Positions 9,018-18,664 of a stretch of DNA of 64,000 nucleotides are shown piece after piece; the stretch's first letter is position 1; every line of letters starts with the position of its first letter. Under the pieces are notes generated by a model that was not told where the DNA came from, searched no databases, and saw nothing but the letters and a program-made list of their open reading frames with translations. The position numbers and the translations under genes are program-made. The stretch comes from Candidatus Acetothermia bacterium (GTDB lineage: Bacteria; Bipolaricaulota; Bipolaricaulia; RBG-16-55-9). The DNA lies in contig JACQCZ010000007.1 of the NCBI GenBank assembly GCA_016201405.1, forward strand, positions 68,307 through 132,306, in the 5' to 3' direction.

Positions 9018-9791
9018 TTAGGACTGTGGCTCGTTAGCTACAACTCCGGTGAAGAAGTTGATCTGTTTTGTGACCATATTGTTGCTATCGACATCCATGC
9101 ATTCATCGTCTGCTTTACTTGAAAAGGCCAGCTGAACTCTCATGGGCGTCGGTTCAATGGGCTTATCAAAAGCGGTATCACCCGTGTTGAGTTTTCGTGA
9201 GAATTCAACGATGGTGCCCTGAGGACTTGTCATTCCTTTCTTTTCTAAAATATCATCTGTGCCATACTGCTGGGTCTGCGAGTCTCCCCCATTGGGCAGC
9301 TCAATGCCCCGCTTTATATCCGGGGTGTGCATGGTATCATCCTTCGCATAATCGTCTGTGAACTGCAGAGTGCCATTGTCGTCAATGAACCCGCTTAGGA
9401 CATCTCCGCCTTTTATGCGTCGGCCAACTGCCCCCAGCGAGATTCCAATACATCCGGACTCAAGGCTTTGCAGAGCAAAATAGATGATCTGTGACTGTTG
9501 ATCAATCGTCCAGTACAAATCCATTATAATTCTAAGGTCATGATAGTGATTCGCGTATTCATCAGGGCCGATCTTTCCGTCAATATGAGGCCAATTCGTA
9601 AGCTGCGAAGCTGGAGTATTCTCCGGATTGCTGTTGGTTGCGCTTCTTGTTGCATTTGGGATGGAAGCTGCAAGTGTGGCCGTTTTCCCGCGATCCTTAA
9701 CATGGAAGCTGCCAGCAAGAATGGCCATACTGGCAGCGATTAAGATGACCACGATAAACCCTAGCGCCACTGAATGCTGTTTCATCATCAC
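9018..9791 (-). CDS. membrane-anchored DOMON-like domain protein
   Basis: N-terminal TM (VALGFIVVILIAASMAILAG). The pattern LYWTIDQQSQIIYFALQS...CIGISLG...GGDVLSGFIDDNG resembles DOMON/DoH beta-sandwich domains. Motif-level call only. Confidence 0.45.
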   Translation of the reverse strand: MMMKQHSVALGFIVVILIAASMAILAGSFHVKDRGKTATLAASIPNATRSATNSNPENTPASQLTNWPHIDGKIGPDEYANHYHDLRIIMDLYWTIDQQSQIIYFALQSLESGCIGISLGAVGRRIKGGDVLSGFIDDNGTLQFTDDYAKDDTMHTPDIKRGIELPNGGDSQTQQYGTDDILEKKGMTSPQGTIVEFSRKLNTGDTAFDKPIEPTPMRVQLAFSSKADDECMDVDSNNMVTKQINFFTGVVANEPQS

Positions 9792-9798
9792 TTCTCTT

Positions 9799-10524
9799 TT
9801 ATAGAAGATTCTCTTTTAGTGCAATGAGAAAAGGTTCTGCCAAATCTCCAAGTCCTTCTCGATCAATTATATAGATTTTTGTCCCTTCCAGAGCAACCAG
9901 GTCACGCTCCTTCAGGCGCGAGAGCATGCGGATGGCAGTCTCTGTAGAGATTCCAGCAAGCTCAGCCAGCTCCTGACGACTCAATTCTACACCAATATCA
10001 AGTCCCTTTTGAGACTGGACTCCGTACTCTTTTCCCATCAACAACAATAATCGAGCCAGCCTCTCCAAGCTGCCAACGTATGAAGCCTCCATCAGCTTGT
10101 CTTGAAATGCCTTGATCTCTCTCGAAAGCTTCTCGATAAATTTTAACGCGACTCTTGGGTTCTCTCTCAAGAAGTCCAGAATTGGCTCACGTTCTATAAA
10201 ATGGAGCTTGGTCTCTTCGAGAGTTTCTGCATACGCTGTATAGATCTCTCGGTCGAACATTGTCTTCTCGCCCAGAATTTCACCCGGGCCAAGCAGCTTC
10301 AGGATCTGCTTCTTCCCCTTTAAAGAATGCTTTGCCAGCTTCACCTTGCCCCTGCACACGATATAGAAACCAAAAGCGGGCTCGCCTTCTTGAAAGATTG
10401 TCTCCCCTTTTGGATACTGGAGCTGCCGCACCATATGGCGAATCTTCTCTCTTGCTTCATGTCCCAAATCTTCAAACAGCCATGAACATTCGCCACAGCA
10501 TTCTGTTGTGTTTGCTGGCGACAT
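9799..10524 (-). CDS. Crp/Fnr family transcriptional regulator
   Basis: cNMP-binding-like beta-roll (FQEGEPAFGFYIVCRGKVKL) and C-terminal HTH (RQELAELAGISTETAIRMLSRL). N-terminal Cys cluster ECCGEC. Confidence 0.85.
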   Translation of the reverse strand: MSPANTTECCGECSWLFEDLGHEAREKIRHMVRQLQYPKGETIFQEGEPAFGFYIVCRGKVKLAKHSLKGKKQILKLLGPGEILGEKTMFDREIYTAYAETLEETKLHFIEREPILDFLRENPRVALKFIEKLSREIKAFQDKLMEASYVGSLERLARLLLLMGKEYGVQSQKGLDIGVELSRQELAELAGISTETAIRMLSRLKERDLVALEGTKIYIIDREGLGDLAEPFLIALKENLL

Positions 10525-10527
10525 CGT

Positions 10528-11523
10528 TCACCCACCTTCTGCAGGAGCTGCAGGTTTTGCGACTGCAGAGAGTTCTTCGAAGACCCCAAGGGCTTGCAAC
10601 CGCTTATGACGCTGTTTGAGAAGCTTGTCGATTCCGACCGAGTTGACTTCGTCCAGGTGAGCAAGAAGCGCTGCTTTTAGATTTTTGGCTGCCTCGTCAT
10701 GATTCGTCTGCGCTCCGCCAGGTGGCTCGGAAATGATCGCGTCAATCACACCCAGCTTGAGCAGATGTTTGGGTGATATTTTCATAGCCCGAGCTGCTTC
10801 TGGTGCCTTCTCGCGCTCTCTCCATAGAATAGATGCACATCCTTCTGGACTGATGACAGAGTAGATAGAGTTCTCCATCATCAAGACGCGATCCCCGACT
10901 CCGATTGCCAAGGCACCCCCACTTCCACCTTCGCCAATAACGACCACGATGATCGGGACATGGAGCTGGCACAATTTGTAAATGGTCTGTGCGATCGCGC
11001 CACCAATATGACGCTCTTCGGCACCGACACCAGGAAAAGCGCCTTGTGTATCAATGAGGCTGATGACGGGGAAGCCAAAGCGCTCGGCCAAGTCGAGGAC
11101 TCGCTGGACTTTGCGATAGCCTTCGGGGTGGGGCATGCCAAAGTTTCGCAGCCGGTTCTCTTCTGCGGTTCGGCCTTTCTGATGGCCGATCACCACCACA
11201 GAGTGCCCTGCGAGCTTGGCAATCGCCGCGATAACAGCATTATCATTCCCATACATTCGGTCTCCACGAAGCTCGTAATAATCTTCCATGATGCGGTTGA
11301 GGTAATCGAGTGTGTATGGGCGCTTGGGATGACGTGCCAGCTTCACTTTCTCCCAGTCATCTTCTGCTGGCTTATCGGGCTTAGGAAGCAGGCTCCTGAC
11401 TTGGGATTCCAGTTGTTCCAGGCTTTCAATCTCGGCTGAATAATCAAGCCCGGTCTCTTTGCTCAATCTTTTAAGTTCTTCGATCTTCTTTTTCAAATCA
11501 TTCACGGAGGGTCTGCTGTCCAT
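10528..11523 (-). CDS. accA: acetyl-CoA carboxylase carboxyltransferase alpha subunit
   Basis: KLARHPKRPYTLDY, GRTAEENRLRNFGMPHPEGYRK and VIGEGGSGGALA motifs; adjacent to accD. Confidence 0.92.
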   Translation of the reverse strand: MDSRPSVNDLKKKIEELKRLSKETGLDYSAEIESLEQLESQVRSLLPKPDKPAEDDWEKVKLARHPKRPYTLDYLNRIMEDYYELRGDRMYGNDNAVIAAIAKLAGHSVVVIGHQKGRTAEENRLRNFGMPHPEGYRKVQRVLDLAERFGFPVISLIDTQGAFPGVGAEERHIGGAIAQTIYKLCQLHVPIIVVVIGEGGSGGALAIGVGDRVLMMENSIYSVISPEGCASILWREREKAPEAARAMKISPKHLLKLGVIDAIISEPPGGAQTNHDEAAKNLKAALLAHLDEVNSVGIDKLLKQRHKRLQALGVFEELSAVAKPAAPAEGG

Positions 11524-12385
11524 TGCGGTCCCTCCAGTCTTGCGCTGGCACGAAAAACTTCAAGATTCGTGCGATCTCGCTTCGCAAATCTTCCCGCCTG
11601 ACCACTTGATCCACAATCCCATGCTCAAGGGCAAAACGATCCGTCTGAAAATCGGTCGGCAGCTCTTGGCCAATTGTGCCTTTGATCACGCGTGCTCCTG
11701 TAAAACCAATGAGTGCACCGCGCTCAGCAATCGTTACATCTCCCAGGCTTGCAATACTAGCTTCCACTCCGGCTGTGGTGGGATAGGTCATCACCGAGAT
11801 ATACGGAACGCCAGCCTCTTCTAAGAGAAGCCTTGCATCAGATGTCTTGGCCATTTGCATCAGGCTAAGAATGCCTTCTTGCATACGCGCTCCGCCTGTT
11901 GCCGAGACGAGAATAAAGGCACGGCCTGACTTGGCAGCGGTGCGAATGCCATGGCTGATCTGCTCACCCATAACGCTGCCCATGCTGCCCCCGATGAAAC
12001 GAAAATCCATCACAGCCAAAATCACGGGCACGCCTTCCATGGTGGCGCTGCCGACAATAATCTCATTGGTAAGCCCGGTCTCATCCTGAGCCTCTTTCAA
12101 GCTCTGCTTGTATGGCTTTGCTCCCACGAAGTTTAGTGGGTCAAGAGCTTTGATGGGGCGCGAGATATCTTCAAAGCTCCCTTCATCGACCAGCAGCTTG
12201 ATGCGTTCTCGTGCCGTCAAGAAGAAGTATTCTCCGCACTTAGGACAGATATTTCGATTCTGCACGACCAGTTTTTTGTAGACGAGCTCTCCGCAAGATT
12301 TGCACTTGAGCCAGAGAACATCCTCTTCTTTGGGCTTCTCATCCAGTTGAACTTTGAAATATTTTTTGCCTCGAAAGATGGCCAT
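11498..12385 (-). CDS. accD: acetyl-CoA carboxylase carboxyltransferase beta subunit
   Basis: N-terminal zinc ribbon CKSCGELV...CPKCGEYF and FIGGSMGSVMGE motif; overlaps the accA start by 26 nt. Confidence 0.92.
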   Translation of the reverse strand: MAIFRGKKYFKVQLDEKPKEEDVLWLKCKSCGELVYKKLVVQNRNICPKCGEYFFLTARERIKLLVDEGSFEDISRPIKALDPLNFVGAKPYKQSLKEAQDETGLTNEIIVGSATMEGVPVILAVMDFRFIGGSMGSVMGEQISHGIRTAAKSGRAFILVSATGGARMQEGILSLMQMAKTSDARLLLEEAGVPYISVMTYPTTAGVEASIASLGDVTIAERGALIGFTGARVIKGTIGQELPTDFQTDRFALEHGIVDQVVRREDLRSEIARILKFFVPAQDWRDRNGQQTLRE

Positions 12386-12397
12386 AGATTCCGCTCC

Positions 12398-13081
12398 TCA
12401 CTTTGCGGCTTGTGGGCTACTTTGCATGGATTTCTGTTGAATCCATCGCTCTCGGATCTCGGGGGCTACGGAGATGCCCAGAGACATCACCATACGGAAC
12501 CCTTCCTCCACAGTAATATGATCGAGATAGATGACATCTTTTTCTGGAGCGATGATCCAAATGCCCGCGATCGGATTGGGCGGACTCATAACAAAGATTG
12601 AGACCAGTCTTTTTTCGACCACCTCTTCCACACCAGGTACTGATCGGTTGGTCTCGAAACCAATCATGTAAAGCCCAGGTCTAGGGTATTCTATCAGCAC
12701 AACACGCTTAAAAGCAGAGATATCACGATTAAAGAAGGAATCTGTAAGCTGCTTAAATGTTGAATAGACCTTACGGAGAAAGGGGATGGAGAGAACGACA
12801 TGCTCAAGAGAGGCGTAGATTCGCCTCCCGATATAAAAATGGGTGATTGCACCCATGAGCAGGATGATCAAGATGGTCGCGAAGATTGCGATAAGATTAA
12901 TGACGGACTCTGGCAAATAGACCGCGCCAAATACGAACCGCACCAGATCCCCCAGCAATCCTCCAGATCCAAATGAGCTTTCGATCAGTTGATAGAGAAG
13001 CTGGAGGATGAATACTGTTAAGGTGATCGGGAGAAGGGCAATCAACCCGCTAAAAAAAATTGCTCGAAGCCTCTTCCACAT
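12398..13081 (-). CDS. DUF502-family membrane protein
   Basis: Two N-terminal TM helices followed by the pattern typical of DUF502 (...VLIEYPRPG...GF.T..., ...PNPIAG...). Confidence 0.55.
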   Translation of the reverse strand: MWKRLRAIFFSGLIALLPITLTVFILQLLYQLIESSFGSGGLLGDLVRFVFGAVYLPESVINLIAIFATILIILLMGAITHFYIGRRIYASLEHVVLSIPFLRKVYSTFKQLTDSFFNRDISAFKRVVLIEYPRPGLYMIGFETNRSVPGVEEVVEKRLVSIFVMSPPNPIAGIWIIAPEKDVIYLDHITVEEGFRMVMSLGISVAPEIRERWIQQKSMQSSPQAAK

Positions 13082-13209
13082 TGAGAAAACTCCTAAAAAT
13101 CCACTTTACCAGAGTTGGAGGCAAGGGTCAAACGCATTTTCATGATTTTGCCGATTGGAAGGGCATTTGCTTTCTATCCCGGGTGGTCGATTACAATAGG
13201 CGCATCATC

Positions 13210-13410
13210 ATGCGAAGAGTGAACTGGACGATCACCGAGCACCAGCATCGTGAGCTGAAGCGCCTCTCCAAAGAGACAGGCTTGTCCATCTCCGATCTGG
13301 TCCGGAGAGCTTTGGACAAGTACATTGGTTTGTTTGGTGAGAAGGCACAACTGGGCGACTTGACAACCCCCAAAGTGATCATCGATGAAGAGAGCGAGGT
13401 CTCCGCATGA
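13210..13410 (+). CDS. ribbon-helix-helix (CopG/Arc/MetJ-like) DNA-binding protein
   Basis: MRRVNWTITEHQHRELKRLSKETGLSISDLVRRALDKYI has the beta-strand plus two-helix RHH pattern. I trimmed the track ORF (13060) to the in-frame ATG at 13210. The stop overlaps the next gene (ATGA). Confidence 0.6.
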   Translation: MRRVNWTITEHQHRELKRLSKETGLSISDLVRRALDKYIGLFGEKAQLGDLTTPKVIIDEESEVSA

Positions 13411-14585
13411 GTGAACCCTTGAAGAGACGCCCCTTTGGCATGGCTAGTGTGGATGAGATTCGTGCCGGAAAAGTGACAGACGTCTATTTTGAATACGCGC
13501 GGCAGATTTTGGATGCCAAGAAGATTAAGAGCCAAGTTGCATTGGAAGCTCATGCCAAGGGTTTCCCTCAGGGAGGCTGGGGAATATTTTGCGGCCTGGA
13601 CAGCGTTCTTGAGTTGCTAGAGGGTCTTCCGCTCGATCTCTGGGCTTTGCCAGAGGGTACGCTCTTCCAGGCACGAGAGCCAGTCTTGGTCATTCGTGTC
13701 AAGTATGAAGAGATCTCTACTTATCAGACAGCCTTGCTCGGCTTTCTCTGCCAGGCAAGTGGGATTGCAACCAAAGCCTCCCGCTGTGCAATTGCCGCAC
13801 AAGGCCGCCCTGTTTACAGCTTCGGGGCAAGAAGAATGCACCCAGCCGTTGCACCGATGATTGAGCGAGCAGCCTTCATCGGGGGATGTGCTGGTGTGGC
13901 AAGCATGTCAGCAGCTGATCATCTTGAGATTGAGCCAGTTGGCACAATTCCACACGGACTGGTTCTGATTTTGGGTGATTCCGCCTCTGCAATGCTTGCT
14001 TTTGATGAAGTGATTGACAAAAGAGTCCATCGGGTTGCAATTGTGGACACGTTTGGAGACGAGAAGTTCGAGGCACTTGAGAATGCTGAACTGCTTGACT
14101 CAACAATCTATGCGGTGCGGCTCGAGACTCCATCATCACGGCGGGGTGATATGCTACAGATCGCGAGAGAAGTCCGTTGGGAACTAGACATTCATGGCTA
14201 TGAGGATGTCAAGATTCTCATCTCAGGCGGAATCGATGAAGATTTAATTCCGCCGCTCAACGAAGTGGCGGATGAATATGGCGTGGATACGCCGATCAGC
14301 AATGCGCCTGTCATTGATTTCAGCCTGGGAATTGTCGAAGTGGATGGGGACCCTATTGCCAAGCGTGGCATGGAGTCCGGAGCCAAGCAGCTTTACATCT
14401 GCGAGAAGTGCGAAAAGCGTTTTGTTGTGCTCTTCTCCAAGAAGATGAAGTCATGCCCGGACTGTAAAGAAAAAGTGAAGCCTATGCTGGCTCAATTCAT
14501 GGAGCAAGGGCGCTTGCTCCGGAAGGTACCGACACCTCAAGAGATTCGCAAGTTTGTGCTGAGTCAATTGCCTAAAACACTTTAG
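13407..14585 (+). CDS. nicotinate phosphoribosyltransferase, archaeal-like type with C-terminal zinc ribbon
   Basis: 392 aa type II PRTase-like sequence (TDVYF, ALLGFLCQASG, GTIPHG, VDTFGDE) and C-terminal CEKCEKRF...CPDCKEK. This matches the zinc-knuckle domain described for Thermoplasma NAPRTase. Confidence 0.7.
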   Translation: MSEPLKRRPFGMASVDEIRAGKVTDVYFEYARQILDAKKIKSQVALEAHAKGFPQGGWGIFCGLDSVLELLEGLPLDLWALPEGTLFQAREPVLVIRVKYEEISTYQTALLGFLCQASGIATKASRCAIAAQGRPVYSFGARRMHPAVAPMIERAAFIGGCAGVASMSAADHLEIEPVGTIPHGLVLILGDSASAMLAFDEVIDKRVHRVAIVDTFGDEKFEALENAELLDSTIYAVRLETPSSRRGDMLQIAREVRWELDIHGYEDVKILISGGIDEDLIPPLNEVADEYGVDTPISNAPVIDFSLGIVEVDGDPIAKRGMESGAKQLYICEKCEKRFVVLFSKKMKSCPDCKEKVKPMLAQFMEQGRLLRKVPTPQEIRKFVLSQLPKTL

Positions 14586-14589
14586 TTCT

Positions 14590-15486
14590 TTAACGCTGAC
14601 GAATTGTGATCCAGACGCCTAACAGCACGACAACTCCTCCGGCCAGCTGCAACAAAAAGATGGGCTCTTGGATCACAAAATAGGCGGTAATAAACGTAAT
14701 TACAGGTGAGATATTCTGAAATACTGCTGTTCGTGCCGCCCCTACCTTAAGGACGGCCGTGGACCAGAGAATGTAATTAATCGCAATGGAGAATGTGCCT
14801 GAGAAGATGATAGATCCCCATGCCCCCAGGGGAACTTCATCCCAGTGGGTAGAGAAGACAGCAGGCAAGGTGAATATCCAAATGACTGGAAGACCGGCGC
14901 ATAATGCCAGCGTGCTGACCCGAAGCGGTGAATAGCGCTGGAGCAGATCTTTTGAAGATACAGTATAAATAGCCCACGAGATGGCTGAGGCTAAGACCAA
15001 CAGATCACCAAGAATTGCACTTCCAGAGTCTAGCGAAAGCCCGCCTGATGTTGAATAGATGACCAGAGCCACCCCAGCAAACGATAAAATAATTCCCGTC
15101 CAGAGCCGAGGAGTGATCTTCTCCCAGCCCGCCAGCCCGGCCAAGAGAGCTGCCCAAACGGGGATGGTGGCCTGGATGAGAGCGGCATTCTCTGGGCGCG
15201 TGAGATTGAGCCCAGAGATGATGAAGACTTGGAAGGCTGCATTTCCAACCAGCCCCAATCCGGCAAGCTTGAGAGCATCGTTCATTGGGATGGGTTGCCA
15301 GCCTTCACGGATGAGCAAGAATCCCAACAGCACAGCCAGTGCCAGAGCCATGCGAACTCCATTGAAGGCCAATGGACTCATCACGCCGAACGTGATCTTC
15401 ATCAATACGAGATTGGCTCCCCAGACGACGGCTACAAAGAGCAGCATCAAATAAACAGGGAATAATTTGGGTGCTGGAGTTTGCAT
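14590..15486 (-). CDS. EamA/DMT-family transporter
   Basis: About ten hydrophobic helices in two EamA-like halves; 298 aa. Confidence 0.8.
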   Translation of the reverse strand: MQTPAPKLFPVYLMLLFVAVVWGANLVLMKITFGVMSPLAFNGVRMALALAVLLGFLLIREGWQPIPMNDALKLAGLGLVGNAAFQVFIISGLNLTRPENAALIQATIPVWAALLAGLAGWEKITPRLWTGIILSFAGVALVIYSTSGGLSLDSGSAILGDLLVLASAISWAIYTVSSKDLLQRYSPLRVSTLALCAGLPVIWIFTLPAVFSTHWDEVPLGAWGSIIFSGTFSIAINYILWSTAVLKVGAARTAVFQNISPVITFITAYFVIQEPIFLLQLAGGVVVLLGVWITIRQR

Positions 15487-15652
15487 GATGAAGCCCCATT
15501 ATCAAAGAATGAGCGCCGAGGAGCAAACGCTGTTACTGGTTATGGCCACTTTGATGAGTAGAATTGGAAAATGCCCCAGATGGCGCATCTTGTCGATGCA
15601 CTGTGTATGTCCAAGATTTGAATCGTGCTGGTGATTGCCACCAGGGTGGTGA

Positions 15653-16078
15653 GTGATATTGTATTTAAAAGTAAAAAGGCTCTCTCCTGACGCGAAACTC
15701 CCTACGCGTACCTATGAGCACGATGCCGGTCTCGATCTTTATGGTCTTGATGGGTTCAAGCTCCCGCCAAGGGGGACCCAATCTGTCTCTACAGGCGTCG
15801 TCTTTGAGATTCCGCAGGGGTATGTCGGCTTAGTTCGAGATCGCAGTTCGATAGGCAAAAAAGGCGTCACTGTACTGGCTGGAGTGGTGGATGCTGGTTA
15901 TCGCGGTGAGATCGTAATTGTGTTGCATAATTTGAGCGCAGAAGTTTTGCAGTTTGAGCCTGGTGCAAAGATTGCGCAGATACTTCTTTTGCCTGTTTCG
16001 ACCATGCCTGTCCTTGAAGTCGAAGAGCTTGACTCATCTGAGCGCGGCGAGCGTGGCTTTGGCAGCTCAGGAGAGTAG
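15653..16078 (+). CDS. dut: dUTP diphosphatase
   Basis: AKLPTRTYEHDAGLDLY, RSSIGKKG, AGVVDAGYRGEI and C-terminal RGERGFGSSG motifs. The start codon is uncertain (GTG 15653 or TTG 15659). Confidence 0.9.
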   Translation: MILYLKVKRLSPDAKLPTRTYEHDAGLDLYGLDGFKLPPRGTQSVSTGVVFEIPQGYVGLVRDRSSIGKKGVTVLAGVVDAGYRGEIVIVLHNLSAEVLQFEPGAKIAQILLLPVSTMPVLEVEELDSSERGERGFGSSGE

Positions 16079-16097
16079 CATCAGACTATTGCTTGCT

Positions 16098-16586
16098 TTA
16101 CTTTCGGTTTGATTTATATGGAATAATGTGCTCCCACTCGTCCGCATCGGAGCGGGCGACCACAGCGACCACGGGCTCCGATGCGCTTAGATTGGTCACT
16201 TCGTGAGGAATGCCGGGTTCTATGAAGATAAAGTCTCCAGCTTCGTTATCAACGACATTTTTGAGGCTAGTGCCGTAATGATGGCGCACTCGGCCCTTCA
16301 GGATGTAGAGCATCACCTCAAAATCAACGTGAATATGAGCATACGCGACGCCACCCGGTGGAATTGTGGCCACATTCATCGAGAGTCTTGATGCGCTGAC
16401 ATTTTTAGCTGACAACCCTGCTTTGTAATGTATGCCGTTCCAATCTCGGCAATCTCTGTCAGCCCGGATGACGGAGATTCCGTCCCCACCTTCGACACAC
16501 AATCGCAGGTTCTGCGGTTCGCTTGCCATAAGCAACCACGCTCCCATAAGAGTTTTTGTTCCTTCAATAGAATGATGGATGGGCAA
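16098..16586 (-). CDS. cupin domain protein
   Basis: Cupin motifs (PGGVAYAHIHVDFE ... GDFIFIEPGIPHEV). Confidence 0.7.
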   Translation of the reverse strand: MPIHHSIEGTKTLMGAWLLMASEPQNLRLCVEGGDGISVIRADRDCRDWNGIHYKAGLSAKNVSASRLSMNVATIPPGGVAYAHIHVDFEVMLYILKGRVRHHYGTSLKNVVDNEAGDFIFIEPGIPHEVTNLSASEPVVAVVARSDADEWEHIIPYKSNRK

Positions 16587-16786
16587 TCACTACGAAGTCA
16601 AGTTGCAATGTCGGTGTTCTTGGAGTCTCTTTTTTAAATATGTGAGTCAATGCCAGCTCTAGTTGTTATGTCTATAACGAGATGCAGAGTAAGAAAAATG
16701 TCTCTGTTATTTGGCCCGCTGACAAGCCATCAGGCTCATGTCGGCGGAGATTTGTGCAATAAAATTTAGGAGATATCTCTCACTTC

Positions 16787-16861
16787 TGGAGCGGGAAACG
16801 GGATTTGAACCCGCGACCTTCTGCATGGCAAGCAGACGCTCTACCGCTGAGCTATTCCCGC
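16787..16861 (-). tRNA. tRNA-Gly (anticodon GCC), CCA encoded
   Basis: Minus strand reads GCGGGAAUAGCUCAGCGGUAGAGCG-UCUGC-UUGCCAU-GCAGA-AGGUC-GCGGGUUCAAAUCCCGU-UUCCCGCUCCA. Full cloverleaf. Confidence 0.95.
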
Positions 16862-16906
16862 TTGGAATTGATCAAACATTATAGCAAACGCAAGGAATCG
16901 TTCAAG

Positions 16907-18568
16907 TTATATCTGGGGCTCACGCTTTGGGTCAGCCTGACCCAGCTCGACCTCAAGTTCCACTCCAATCTCTTCCATGACTGGGCGCTGTGTCTTTCGC
17001 AGGGGTATCTCTGGAAGATAGAAGACGACCACCACAGCAATCAATAAGACTAGGACCCCGACGATAAAGAGTGAGTCAATGGAAGAGCTGAAAGCAACTT
17101 TGATTGTAGTAATAAAATCGTCAAAGGATGCTTGCAGATCACCCTGCAAGGCTTGAGGCGCTTGAGCAATCAAATTGTGGATTGACTGTATGCTCTCTGG
17201 GCTCAGTACTCCCTGGATTGTATTGGCGTCAATCGTCTTGGGAAGAGAAGTTGCAGGACTCACCTGCCCAACCATCTTCACAAAGGGGTGATCACCAATA
17301 TTAGATAAATTGCCTATCAGTTGGCTGTTCATCACGCCACCCAGAATGGCTGTGCCTACAGTTCCGCCTACGCTTCGGAAGAGTTGCAAACCGGCAGTCA
17401 CCTCTCCCAATTTTTCTCTTCCAAAAGCGCTCTGTACAGCCAGAGTAAATATAGGCAGGGTCATACCAAGCCCCAGCCCAAGGGCCATCATCTTCAAAAA
17501 GAGCTCGGTGCTAGTCGTATGGACTCCAACGGAGGAGAAGAGAATCATTGCAATGACTGTGATAATGACGCCGAGGATTGCCAGCGTCCGATACCGGCCC
17601 GTCTTGGAGATGATCTGGCCTGAAGTGCTGGAAGCGATGATCAAAGAGATCATCATCGGCGTCATGATGAGACCGGAGTTGGTGGCTGAGATGCCGGTGA
17701 TGATTTGGGCAAAGAGCGGAATATAGAGAATGGCTCCGAACATTCCCATCGTTGTAAAAAACATAGTGATGACCGAAACAGAAAATACTCTGTTCTTGAA
17801 TAGATCGAGAGAGAGCAGTGGATCATGGGTATTCTTCTCTACAATCGCAAAGACGAGAAGAAAGATTGCGGCTTCGCCAAAGAGCGAGAGGATCTGCCAG
17901 GAGAGCCACGGGTATTCACTTCCGCCCCAAACCAGAGCCAATAACAATGGGACAAGACCTGCGGCGATCAAGAAGGCGCCCAAGATATCGATTGAGCGAT
18001 TCTTTAAGTCATGCGCGATCTTGGGCAATGCCGAGGCGAGAATCGCCATGGCGGCAATGCCGACCGGGATGTTGATATAAAAGACCCAGCGCCATGATGC
18101 ATTATCAGTTATAGTGCCACCCAGTAAAGGTCCGGCGATGCTGGCCAGTCCGAAGATCCCGCCGATGAGCCCCTGCCATTTCCCGCGCTCTGCAGGCGGG
18201 AAGAGGTCCCCGATGATGGCAAAGGAATTGACCATAATCGCGCCTCCGCCAATTCCCTGAAGGGCTCTGAACAAGATCAGCTCAGTCATGCTATGGGACC
18301 AACCTGAGAGAGCAGACCCTCCCAAAAAGATGAGGATCCCAAAGATATATAGGCTTCTTCGCCCAAAAATGTCTGAGAGCTTGCCGTAGATCGGCACAGT
18401 GACCGTAGAAGCGAGTAAATAGGCTGTAAATACCCAGCTCAGATGGGAGAGGCCATTGAATTCGCGCACAATCTGAGGCATGGCGGTAGCTACAATCGTC
18501 TGGTCGAGTGCAGACAAAAACATTGCTGTACCGACGCCAAACATGGTAAATAGCTTGCTCTTATCCAC
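16907..18568 (-). CDS. MFS drug:H+ antiporter, DHA2 (EmrB/QacA-like, 14-TMS) family
   Basis: 553 aa with about 14 helices. Motif A-like GKLSDIFGRR and motif C-like GPLLGG. GTG start; downstream of a MarR gene. Confidence 0.85.
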   Translation of the reverse strand: MDKSKLFTMFGVGTAMFLSALDQTIVATAMPQIVREFNGLSHLSWVFTAYLLASTVTVPIYGKLSDIFGRRSLYIFGILIFLGGSALSGWSHSMTELILFRALQGIGGGAIMVNSFAIIGDLFPPAERGKWQGLIGGIFGLASIAGPLLGGTITDNASWRWVFYINIPVGIAAMAILASALPKIAHDLKNRSIDILGAFLIAAGLVPLLLALVWGGSEYPWLSWQILSLFGEAAIFLLVFAIVEKNTHDPLLSLDLFKNRVFSVSVITMFFTTMGMFGAILYIPLFAQIITGISATNSGLIMTPMMISLIIASSTSGQIISKTGRYRTLAILGVIITVIAMILFSSVGVHTTSTELFLKMMALGLGLGMTLPIFTLAVQSAFGREKLGEVTAGLQLFRSVGGTVGTAILGGVMNSQLIGNLSNIGDHPFVKMVGQVSPATSLPKTIDANTIQGVLSPESIQSIHNLIAQAPQALQGDLQASFDDFITTIKVAFSSSIDSLFIVGVLVLLIAVVVVFYLPEIPLRKTQRPVMEEIGVELEVELGQADPKREPQI

Positions 18569-18664
18569 TCTTCATCATCCTATTGGGGTCTTTTCCCGCT
18601 GAGCACCCTGAACGACTTTTGGTTGAGCGCACAGTGCAATTTAAATTCTTGATCATTGAGAGCA

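Noticed and set aside
13060-13209. Upstream 50 codons of the RHH ORF; likewise 28025-28102 of the ferredoxin ORF
   Set aside because: In both cases an internal ATG gives the full conserved domain from residue 1: for the ferredoxin it follows an SD (GAAGGGGG), for the RHH ORF no SD was checked. The extensions overlap a neighbouring gene end or a promoter region.
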